From Lachnospiraceae bacterium (GTDB lineage: Bacteria > Bacillota > Clostridia > Lachnospirales > Lachnospiraceae): a DNA stretch of 33,056 bases. Shown here in pieces: positions 10,207 to 18,264 of this stretch. The stretch is taken from assembly GCA_045615825.1 (NCBI GenBank), contig JAZLFL010000128.1, positions 1-33,056 on the forward strand, in the 5' to 3' direction. The notes beneath the pieces are model-generated. The model did no database searches and was not told the DNA's origin. It saw only the letters and a list, made by a program, of their open reading frames with translations. The position numbers were made by a program, and so were the translations under genes. Each line of letters opens with the position of its first letter. Position 1 is the stretch's first letter.

Positions 10207-10222
10207 TGTTTCACGTGAAACA
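10207..10222. promoter_or_regulatory. parS site (perfect), core of a 32-bp palindrome at 10199-10230
   Basis: TGTTTCACGTGAAACA inside TATTGGGATGTTTCAC|GTGAAACATCCCAATA. Confidence 0.95.
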
Positions 10223-10265
10223 TCCCAATATTTATGATTAACATAATTTTTTATACCCAAGATAA

Positions 10266-10281
10266 TGTTTCACGTGAAACA
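10266..10281. promoter_or_regulatory. parS site (perfect)
   Basis: TGTTTCACGTGAAACA; half-sites follow at 10309-10317 and 10335-10342. Confidence 0.95.
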
Positions 10282-10450
10282 TTTTAACCCAAGATATAGA
10301 TGTAATTTCGTGAAACATTATTTTACTAATGTCTGTGAAACATTGAAAACATGTTATTTTTCTGTTTTATGGCTCATATATATTGATTACTATTCATAGA
10401 AAATGGTGTATAATATGAAAATACATGTAAAGAGAAAATAGAGGAGAAAT

Positions 10451-11212
10451 ATGGGAAAAATTATCTCAATTGCTAACCAGAAGGGTGGTGTAGGTAAGAC
10501 TACTACTACTATTAATCTTGCTGCTGCATTAGGTGAGAATAATAAGAAGGTTCTGGTTATAGATATGGATCCACAGGGTAATACCACAAGTGGTATTGGT
10601 GTGGATAAGAATGAAGTAGAGAATACTATCTACGAATTAATGATTGGTGACTGCACTATTAATGAGTGCATAATAAAAAATGTAATTGATAATGTATCAC
10701 TGATACCTGCTAATGTTAATTTTGCAGCGGCAGAGGTAGAATTAATTGGTTTAAAGAACCAGGAATATATTCTTAGCAATGAGATGGACTTCGTAAAGGA
10801 TCAGTATGATTATATTTTAATTGACTGTCCTCCATCATTAAGTACACTTACAGTTAATGCATTAACAACTTCTGATAGTGTGCTTGTTCCTATTCAGTGT
10901 GAGTATTATGCACTTGAGGGACTTAGCCAGTTAATACATACTGTTAATCTTATTAAGCAGAGATTAAATAGCAGGATTGATTTAGAGGGTGTTGTATTTA
11001 CCATGTATGATGCCAGAACTAATCTCTCTCAGCAGGTTGTTGAAAATGTTAAGTCTAATTTCAAATATAATGTGTTTGATACTGTTATTCCTAGAAATAC
11101 AAGATTAGCAGAGGCTCCAAGTTACGGAATGCCAATTCTTAATTATGATCCTAAGGCTGCAGGTTCAGAAGCATACAGAGCACTTGCCAAGGAAATAATT
11201 AAGAACAATTAG
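10451..11212 (+). CDS. parA: Chromosome partitioning ATPase ParA/Soj
   Basis: Deviant Walker A NQKGGVGKTTT, DMDPQGN, IDCPPSL, PIQCEYYALEGL, LAEAPSYG. SD GAGGAG. Confidence 0.97.
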   Translation: MGKIISIANQKGGVGKTTTTINLAAALGENNKKVLVIDMDPQGNTTSGIGVDKNEVENTIYELMIGDCTINECIIKNVIDNVSLIPANVNFAAAEVELIGLKNQEYILSNEMDFVKDQYDYILIDCPPSLSTLTVNALTTSDSVLVPIQCEYYALEGLSQLIHTVNLIKQRLNSRIDLEGVVFTMYDARTNLSQQVVENVKSNFKYNVFDTVIPRNTRLAEAPSYGMPILNYDPKAAGSEAYRALAKEIIKNN

Positions 11213-11230
11213 GTGTAATAGTTAACATAA

Positions 11231-11246
11231 TGTTTCACGTGAAACA
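11231..11246. promoter_or_regulatory. parS site (perfect) between parA and parB
   Basis: TGTTTCACGTGAAACA. Confidence 0.95.
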
Positions 11247-11291
11247 TATATATACAGACTCTCTATTATATATAGGAAGAAAGGGGTACAT

Positions 11292-12170
11292 ATGGCACCA
11301 AAAAGAGGCTTAGGAAAAGGACTTGATTCGCTTATTCCTAATACCGTAGACACCAAGTCGATTAAGCAGGAACAGTCTAAGGCAGAAAAGCCTGATACAT
11401 ATGTAGACATTAATAAGGTTGAACCTAACAGGGAACAGCCAAGAAAAGAATTTAAGCAGGAAGCACTTGAAGAATTAGCAGCTTCCATTAAGCAGTTTGG
11501 ATTAATTCAGCCAATTCTTGTTCAGGACAGGGATACATATTACGAGATAGTTGCAGGTGAGAGAAGATGGAGAGCAAGTAAAATTGCCGGTCTTAAGCAG
11601 GTTCCTGTAATTATTCGTAAGTTCACAGAGCAGGAAATAGTTGAGATTTCTCTTATTGAGAATATTCAGAGAGAAGACCTTAATCCTATTGAAGAAGCGC
11701 TTGCATATAAGAGGCTTCATACAGAATTCAATCTTAAGCAGGAAGAGGTTGCAGAGAGAGTATCCAAGAGCAGGGCGGCAGTTGCCAACTCTATGAGATT
11801 ACTTAAGCTTTCAGATAATGTACAGCAGATGGTTATCGAAGGTGAATTAAGTACAGGTCATGCCAGAGCAATTCTTGCAATAGATGATCCTAATGAGCAG
11901 TATCGAGTAGCACTGAAGGCATTCAACGAGAAGATGAATGTTCGTGATATTGAGAAATATATCAAGAACATGAACAAGCCTGTAAAGGTTAACAAGGAAG
12001 CTAATGATTCTCTTAAGACAATCTATGCTGGTATTGAAGAAGAGTTAAAGGCAGCTCTCGGAACAAAGGTATCCATTACAGGTAAGAATGATTCCGGAGC
12101 TGGCAAGATGGAAATCGAGTTCTACAATCATGATGATTTAGAGAGAATTACAGAATTACTTAAAGGATAA
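11292..12170 (+). CDS. parB: Chromosome partitioning protein ParB/Spo0J
   Basis: N-terminal GLGKGLDSL, QPRKEF, CTP-binding GERRWRA, ENIQREDL, HTH region KSRAAVANSMRLL. Confidence 0.97.
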   Translation: MAPKRGLGKGLDSLIPNTVDTKSIKQEQSKAEKPDTYVDINKVEPNREQPRKEFKQEALEELAASIKQFGLIQPILVQDRDTYYEIVAGERRWRASKIAGLKQVPVIIRKFTEQEIVEISLIENIQREDLNPIEEALAYKRLHTEFNLKQEEVAERVSKSRAAVANSMRLLKLSDNVQQMVIEGELSTGHARAILAIDDPNEQYRVALKAFNEKMNVRDIEKYIKNMNKPVKVNKEANDSLKTIYAGIEEELKAALGTKVSITGKNDSGAGKMEIEFYNHDDLERITELLKG

Positions 12171-12180
12171 GAGGTAAACA

Positions 12181-12678
12181 ATGGAAAGTGTTACTATATT
12201 TGGAATGAAATTAGAAGTACTGATTATTATAATGCTTGTACTTTTAGTTTTAGCGATTGCCGGATTTGTAGTAGTTCTTATAATGCATCTTAAATTAAAG
12301 AAGAGATATGACAAGTTCATGCTTGGTAAGAATGCAGCAAGTCTTGAGGAGGAAATTCAGGATCTCTTCGAAATTAACAAGGCAGTAGTTGAAAAAGTAA
12401 AGGAAAATAGAAAAGATATACGCAAGCTGTACAAGAAATTAACAAAAGCATTCCAGAGAATTGGAATTGTTAAATATGATGCTTATCAGCAGATGGGCGG
12501 ACTGCTTAGTTTCTCAATGGCAATGCTTGATGAAGATAATGATGGATTTATCTTAAATTCAGTACATAGCACAGAAGGCTGCTACACATATACTAAAGAA
12601 ATCGTTAATGGGGAATGTCAGCTAGAGCTTGGTAATGAAGAGAAGATGGCTTTAGAGAAAGCCGTTAACGCTAAATAA
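12181..12678 (+). CDS. DUF4446-family membrane-anchored protein
   Basis: N-terminal TM helix, coiled coil, then GIVKYDAY...GG.LSFS.AMLD...GFILNS.HS.EG.YTY.KEI. Family recognised from memory; usual position after parB. Confidence 0.75.
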   Translation: MESVTIFGMKLEVLIIIMLVLLVLAIAGFVVVLIMHLKLKKRYDKFMLGKNAASLEEEIQDLFEINKAVVEKVKENRKDIRKLYKKLTKAFQRIGIVKYDAYQQMGGLLSFSMAMLDEDNDGFILNSVHSTEGCYTYTKEIVNGECQLELGNEEKMALEKAVNAK

Positions 12679-12693
12679 AAGGAGATATGAAAA

Positions 12694-13977
12694 ATGTTAG
12701 ACATCAGATTTTTGAGAGAGAACCCAGACATAGTAAGAGAGAACATTAAGAAGAAGTTCCAGGACAGCAAGCTTCCTATGGTTGATGAGGTAATCGAGCT
12801 TGATAAGAAGGCAAGAGAGACTCAGCAGGAGGCAGATGCACTTAGAGCTTCTAAGAATAAGATTGCCAAGGAAATTGGTGGACTTATGGCTCAGGGCAAG
12901 AAGGAAGAGGCTGAGGCTAAGAAGGCAGAGGTTGCTATTAATGCCAAGAGATTAGCAGAGCTTGAAGTATTAGAGGGAGAGCTTCAGGAGAAGATTACTA
13001 AGATTATGATGGTAATTCCTCAGATTATTGATCCTTCAGTACCAATCGGTCCAGATGACAGCTGCAATGTTGAGATTCAGAAGTACGGCGAGCCAGTGGT
13101 TCCAGATTTTGAGATTCCATATCATACAGACATTATGGAGAAGTTCAATGGTATCGACCTTGATGCAGCAAGAAGAGTTGCTGGTAATGGTTTCTATTAC
13201 TTAATGGGCGATATCGCAAGACTTCATTCAGCAGTTATTTCATATGCAAGAGATTTTATGATTGACAGAGGCTTCACATACTGTGTACCACCTTTCATGA
13301 TCAGATCTAACGTAGTTACAGGCGTTATGAGCTTCGCAGAGATGGAAGCCATGATGTATAAGATTGAGGGAGAGGACCTCTACCTCATCGGTACAAGTGA
13401 GCATTCAATGATCGGTAAGTTCATTGATCAGATTCTTACAGAGGATCAGCTTCCACAGACACTTACATCTTACTCACCATGTTTCCGTAAGGAGAAGGGT
13501 GCACACGGACTTGAAGAGAGAGGTGTATACCGTATCCACCAGTTCGAGAAGCAGGAGATGGTTGTTATCTGTAAGCCAGAAGATTCAATGGTTTGGTATG
13601 ACAAGTTATGGCAGAATACAGTAGATCTCTTCAGATCTTTAGATATTCCAGTTCGTACGCTTGAGTGCTGTTCAGGTGATCTTGCCGACCTTAAGGTTAA
13701 GTCCTGTGATGTTGAGGCATGGAGCCCAAGACAGAAGAAGTACTTCTAGGTTGGTAGCTGTTCTAACCTTGGCGCTGCTCAGGCAAGAAGACTTAAGATC
13801 AGAATTAATGGTAAGGATGGCAAGTATCTTGCTCATACACTTAACAATACAGTTGTTGCTCCACCTAGAATGCTTATTGCATTCCTTGAGAATAACCTTC
13901 AGGCAGACGGATCTGTTAAGATTCCAGCAGCCCTTCAGCCATACATGGGTGGAATGACAGAGATTCGTGTTAAGTAA
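12694..13977 (+). CDS. serS: Seryl-tRNA synthetase (427 codons) interrupted by an in-frame TAG at 13747-13749
   Basis: MLDIRFLRENP, GTSEH, motif 2 CFRKEKG...RGVYRIHQFEKQE. The same frame continues after TAG as VGSCSNLGAAQARRLKIR...HTLNNTVVAPPR...LQPYMGG to TAA at 13975-13977. Confidence 0.93.
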
Positions 13978-13997
13978 AACGATTTGGAGATTTACTT

Positions 13998-14879
13998 ATG
14001 CATAAATATCTGCGCGCAGTAGGTTTTTCCTCTTTGAAAAAGAGAGACGACTACGAAATACTCGTACAGAAAATAGCACTTGAAGGCTCAGACAGAGCAT
14101 ATACATCGATAGATGATGATTACATGTTATCCGTATACCGACAGGAGTTCGCTCCGGGTATCGGAGTAGCTGTAGTCGGACAGTTTAGTGAGGATAATCA
14201 TTTTTACTTCGAGTATTCTTACCCATATATTCGTGGAAATATGGTATCATCATATGAGGATATTTCCATTGAGAGACACGCCGAGAAGGAGTCTTATGCC
14301 GGTGTGTGTGATGAGGCAAGGCTTGGAGTATCACTAATCTTCTATCTGCAGAATATTATCCAGTATATCCGGGTAATGAATGCGGGACTGTTACCAATCA
14401 GGGGTACATCCGTTACATTATCCGCACTTTCCATTCAGGGAATGATTATGATGCCTCTTGCGAAAACTGAGAGCGACATAGATCTTGTTAAGAAGGCAGG
14501 TCATGACCGAATCAAGCTGGTTGAAGCCGCAAGACGTGGTGATGAGCAGGCAATGGAAAGTCTTACACTTGATGATATGGATACATACACAGCCATATCA
14601 CGTAAGATACGCAGGGATGATATATTCACATTAGTTGATACATATTTCATGCCGTATGGTGTTGAATGTGATCAGTATTCTGTGCTCGGAGAGATTCTAA
14701 ATACTGAACTTGTCGTTAATGAGATGACAGGGGAAGAAATTTATAAGATGCAGATTAACTGTAATGAGATTATAATGGATATGTGTATTAATAAGCTTGA
14801 TCTATTCGGAGAACCAGAGGTTGGCCGAAGATTCAAGGGTATTATATGGCTACAGGGTTATATTAACTACCCAGTGTAG
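13998..14879 (+). CDS. DUF3881-family protein of unknown function
   Basis: MHKYLRAVGFS start, GVSLIFYLQN, AARRGDEQAMESLTLDD, GEPEVGRRFKGIIWLQG. Family recognised from memory. Confidence 0.75.
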   Translation: MHKYLRAVGFSSLKKRDDYEILVQKIALEGSDRAYTSIDDDYMLSVYRQEFAPGIGVAVVGQFSEDNHFYFEYSYPYIRGNMVSSYEDISIERHAEKESYAGVCDEARLGVSLIFYLQNIIQYIRVMNAGLLPIRGTSVTLSALSIQGMIMMPLAKTESDIDLVKKAGHDRIKLVEAARRGDEQAMESLTLDDMDTYTAISRKIRRDDIFTLVDTYFMPYGVECDQYSVLGEILNTELVVNEMTGEEIYKMQINCNEIIMDMCINKLDLFGEPEVGRRFKGIIWLQGYINYPV

Positions 14880-14884
14880 ACATG

Positions 14885-14980
14885 GACTCAACGTCATCTC
14901 CGATGACTTGAATTTATAAAAAGAGACTCAACGTCATCTTTGATGACTTGAGTCAGAATGACTTTGCAAAGCAAAGTCAT
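14885..14980. repeat. Two 30-bp palindromic direct repeats (40-bp period) plus a related third hairpin
   Basis: GACTCAACGTCATCTCCGATGACTTGAATT (14885-14914) and GACTCAACGTCATCTTTGATGACTTGAGTC (14925-14954) are 26/30 identical. ATGACTTTGC-AAA-GCAAAGTCAT at 14958-14980. Confidence 0.9.
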
Positions 14981-14982
14981 CA

Positions 14983-15054
14983 GTTCTCTTAGTTAAATGG
15001 ATATAACAGGGACCTCCTAAGTCTCAGTTGAGGGTTCGATTCCCCCAGGGAACG
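14983..15054 (+). tRNA. tRNA-Arg(CCT), CCA not encoded
   Basis: Acceptor GTTCTCT/AGGGAAC, D arm GTTA/TAAC, anticodon stem GGGAC/GTCTC with loop CT-CCT-AA (CCT at 15016-15018), T arm GAGGG-TTCGATT-CCCCC with one A.C mismatch. Confidence 0.92.
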
Positions 15055-15072
15055 TTTTTTTGAGGGTTACTT

Positions 15073-16023
15073 ATGAATTACATTATATTTGATCTGGAAT
15101 GGAACCAGTGTCCTTCCTCTTCTAGTGAGAGAGTGGAGAAGCTTCCTTTTGAGATCGTAGAGATAGGTGCCGTCAAGCTCAATGATAACAGAGATATGGT
15201 TGGTGAGTTCTCAGAGCTCATTAAGCCTCAGATTTATCATGAGATGCATTTCATAACAAGCCGCCTCGTTCATCTTCAGATGGAAGAGCTTGAGAAGGGT
15301 AAGCCCTTCAAAGAGGTAATGGAGAGATTCCTTGAGTGGTGTGGCGATGACTGTATCTTCTGTACCTGGGGAGCCCTGGATCTTCTTGAGCTTCAGAGAA
15401 ATATGGCATTTTACGATATGCCACCTCTATCTGACAGACCTCTTAAATTCTATGATATTCAGAAGCTTTTCAGTCTTGCTTATGAAGATGGTAAGAGCAG
15501 GCGTGCTTTGGAATATGCAATTGATATGATGAATATCAAGAAGGATATTCCTTTCCACAGAGCATTTTCAGACGCTTACTACACAGCTAAAGTATTCGAT
15601 AATATTGAAGATCCAGATGTACTTGAGAAGTATTCATTTGATACATTTACGGTTCCTGAGACCAAGGAGCAGGAGGTTTACATAACATTCAGTTCCTATG
15701 ATAAATACATCTCAAGAAGATTTCATAATAAATCGGAGCTTCTCGCATGTAAGGATGTTAACTGCACAAGATGTTATAAGTGCAGACGTAATATTAAGAA
15801 GAAGCTGGGATGGTTTTCACCTAATGGCAAGCACTATTATGCTGTGAGCAGCTGTTTCAGACATGGTCTTATGAAGAGCAAAATAAGAATTCGTAAGACT
15901 GAAGGTGGTGTGTATGCTGTTAAGACAGACCGATACATTACTAAAGATGAATACAAGAAGATAATTGAGCGAAAAGCTCAGATTGATGAAGCTAAAAAGG
16001 CAAAAAAGGCAGATAATTTTTAA
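15073..16023 (+). CDS. DEDDh 3'-5' exonuclease (ERI-1/KapD-like) with a putative C-terminal Zn-binding module
   Basis: Exo[19 protein letters not shown], ExoII TWGALD, Exo[13 protein letters not shown]; C-terminal CYKC...CFRHG. Confidence 0.85.
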   Translation: MNYIIFDLEWNQCPSSSSERVEKLPFEIVEIGAVKLNDNRDMVGEFSELIKPQIYHEMHFITSRLVHLQMEELEKGKPFKEVMERFLEWCGDDCIFCTWGALDLLELQRNMAFYDMPPLSDRPLKFYDIQKLFSLAYEDGKSRRALEYAIDMMNIKKDIPFHRAFSDAYYTAKVFDNIEDPDVLEKYSFDTFTVPETKEQEVYITFSSYDKYISRRFHNKSELLACKDVNCTRCYKCRRNIKKKLGWFSPNGKHYYAVSSCFRHGLMKSKIRIRKTEGGVYAVKTDRYITKDEYKKIIERKAQIDEAKKAKKADNF

Positions 16024-16034
16024 TGGAGGGAAAA

Positions 16035-17510
16035 ATGGAAAACAATGATAAGAGTTTAGCACTTGCTAAAATCAAAAAGGAAAATGTTAACACATTAATT
16101 ATTCGCTGGTATACAGCTGTTATTGCAGTACTTGTAATTGCATATTTAACAGAAGTATTATCTGGCGAAAGAACTATCGGCTACTACGCAACATTTGTTG
16201 GAGTTGCAGTAATTCCACTTATTTTCTCATGGATATTCTATAGAAGAAATAAGCAGTCATTATTATCTGCAATAGTGGCAATGTCAGGATATACAATATT
16301 ATTTGGATATGCGCTGTTTACTTCACCGTATGCAGTTGTAGTGTCTTATATTTTCCCAATATTAATGTGCCTGATTGTTCTTGATGATAATAAGCTTTCG
16401 GTAGTATTTGGTGTTATTACATTTGTAATAGCTGTGGTATCAGTAATTGTTACTCCAGCTTCAGCAGCTGAGAATAAGATTAAGATTGCAGTTATCTTAC
16501 TTACTAATGTAGCAATTATCCTTTGTACTCAGGTATCAAGAAAGAATTCTACAATGATGCTTGGTTCAGTGGATGAGCAGCTTGAAGAGACTAAGGGAAT
16601 TCTTAATCAGGTTAGCACAGGTATTGAGGAGCTTAATGCTACAACATCTGCAACCAGAGAGAACTCAGCAGCTATTACTGGAAAGGTTAATGAGTTCACA
16701 GGTTCACTTACTAATATTGGTGATTCTATCTCAGAGATTAATGAGACAATTACATCAATTGCTGATAACCTTCAGAATGTTATCAACAGTTCTAATGATA
16801 TTACTAATTCAGTTGATGATATCTGCAATAAGGCAATTGAGTCTTCTGAGTCGGTTGCAACAGGTAGAGAGAATATTAAGTCTCTTAAGAAGGCATCTGT
16901 TAAGAATGTTGAGAAGATGGATTCCTTCGAGAAGACATTCCAGGAATTCTCTGCTAACTTTGATTCAATCGTAGAGATTATTGATATCATCAAGAGTATT
17001 TCTAACCAGACTAACCTCTTATCACTTAATGCTTCAATGGAGGCAGCTAGAGCTGGTGAGATGGGTAAGGGCTTCGCAGTAGTTGCTAATGAGGTTAAGG
17101 ATCTTGCTTCATCAACAGCTGAGAATACAGAGAAGATTGCAAGCATTGTTGCTACACTTAAGGACAATCTCTCAACTATTTCTAACAACCTTGTAGATAT
17201 TACTGACTCAATCAAGAATGAGGAGAAGGATATCCTCGTTGTTGAGAATCAGTTCATTAAGATCGAAGCCAACTCAAGCGAGATTGAGAGTGAGGTTAGA
17301 GGCTTCAGAGGTAATATCGAGATCGTTAATGATAACATTAGTGATCTTGGCGCAATCACAGAGGAACTTGCAGCATCGACAGAAACTATTAACGAACTTA
17401 CAAAGGAATGTGTTCAGTCTTGTGATTACATCAATGAGAACGTTGACAGCCTTAACGCTCAGATTAATACAATTGATCACACAAGCGAGACACTTGCAAG
17501 TATTAAATAA
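16035..17510 (+). CDS. Methyl-accepting chemotaxis protein with a multi-TM N-terminal sensor
   Basis: Signalling tip [30 protein letters not shown] and about 5-6 hydrophobic N-terminal helices. ATG at 16035 has GGAGG 5 nt upstream; the alternative ATG at 16023 overlaps the upstream stop. Confidence 0.93.
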   Translation: MENNDKSLALAKIKKENVNTLIIRWYTAVIAVLVIAYLTEVLSGERTIGYYATFVGVAVIPLIFSWIFYRRNKQSLLSAIVAMSGYTILFGYALFTSPYAVVVSYIFPILMCLIVLDDNKLSVVFGVITFVIAVVSVIVTPASAAENKIKIAVILLTNVAIILCTQVSRKNSTMMLGSVDEQLEETKGILNQVSTGIEELNATTSATRENSAAITGKVNEFTGSLTNIGDSISEINETITSIADNLQNVINSSNDITNSVDDICNKAIESSESVATGRENIKSLKKASVKNVEKMDSFEKTFQEFSANFDSIVEIIDIIKSISNQTNLLSLNASMEAARAGEMGKGFAVVANEVKDLASSTAENTEKIASIVATLKDNLSTISNNLVDITDSIKNEEKDILVVENQFIKIEANSSEIESEVRGFRGNIEIVNDNISDLGAITEELAASTETINELTKECVQSCDYINENVDSLNAQINTIDHTSETLASIK

Positions 17511-18220
17511 TGAGTAAATATAAAGCTATACTTTTTGATATGGATGGAACTCTTCTTCCAATGGATATGAATGAGTTCACAACAGGATATTTTAAATTTT
17601 TATGGAAGAGCTTGTCCGGATACGGTATAAGCATTGAAAAGCTGGTACCGGCCATCTGGGAATGTACCAAAAAAATGGTTCTTAATGACGGAAGCAGACT
17701 TAACAGTGATGTTTTCTGGGAGCATTTTGCAACCAAGTTTGATGGTCCGATGGATGAGATTAGAAGAGACTGCGATGCATTCTATGCTAATGAATTCAAA
17801 GAGGCCAAGATATTCACTAAGGATAATCCTCTTGCTGTGAAGGCAGTTGAGCTTGCCCATGATAAAGCACCTATAGTTGCGCTTGCAACCAATCCGCTTT
17901 TCCCGATGGCAGGTCAGATTACCAGAATGGAATGGGTAGGACTTAAGTCGGAGAATTTTGATCTGGTAACAAGTTATGAGACTGACATCTATTGTAAGCC
18001 TAATCCTAAGTATTTCCTTCATACCTGTGAGACACTAGGTGTTAAGCCTTCGGAATGTCTCATGATTGGTAATGATGAAGAGGAAGATATGTATGCATGT
18101 ACACAGACAGGAATGGACGCATATCTTGTAACAGATACAATGATTCCAAGTAGTGAGCATCCATGGAATGGACCTAAGGGAACATTTGAAGAGCTTATTA
18201 CATTTTTAGAGAATTTATAG
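17510..18220 (+). CDS. HAD-family hydrolase
   Basis: Motif I ILFDMDGTL, motif II LATN, KPNP, motif IV MIGND...D. Confidence 0.9.
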   Translation: MSKYKAILFDMDGTLLPMDMNEFTTGYFKFLWKSLSGYGISIEKLVPAIWECTKKMVLNDGSRLNSDVFWEHFATKFDGPMDEIRRDCDAFYANEFKEAKIFTKDNPLAVKAVELAHDKAPIVALATNPLFPMAGQITRMEWVGLKSENFDLVTSYETDIYCKPNPKYFLHTCETLGVKPSECLMIGNDEEEDMYACTQTGMDAYLVTDTMIPSSEHPWNGPKGTFEELITFLENL

Positions 18221-18226
18221 AAATCG

Positions 18227-18253
18227 GGGCGGTAATAACATACCGCCCTTTTT
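18227..18253 (+). terminator. Intrinsic terminator-like hairpin
   Basis: GGGCGGTA-ataaca-TACCGCCC followed by TTTTT. Confidence 0.75.
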
Positions 18254-18264
18254 GTAAAATTATT

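Noticed and set aside
10383-10414. sigmaA promoter for parA
   Set aside because: TATAAT at 10409-10414 is good, but TTGATT is 20 nt away, so a full promoter could not be supported.
13747-13749. Genome-wide TAG reassignment or pyrrolysine insertion
   Set aside because: TAG ends rpmH, DUF3881, the HAD gene and tatD at their expected C-termini. No other gene has an internal TAG, the position needs Glu, and no pyl genes are visible.
13661-13957. 98-aa ORF as a separate gene or frameshifted serS tail
   Set aside because: It is out of frame; the true SerRS C-terminus continues in the original frame after the TAG.
14885-14954. Mini CRISPR array
   Set aside because: Only two repeats, a 10-nt spacer (too short), and no cas genes or leader in the window.
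15993-16016. sigma28 promoter for the MCP gene (TAAA...GCAGATAA)
   Set aside because: The spacer is 12 nt rather than 15-16.
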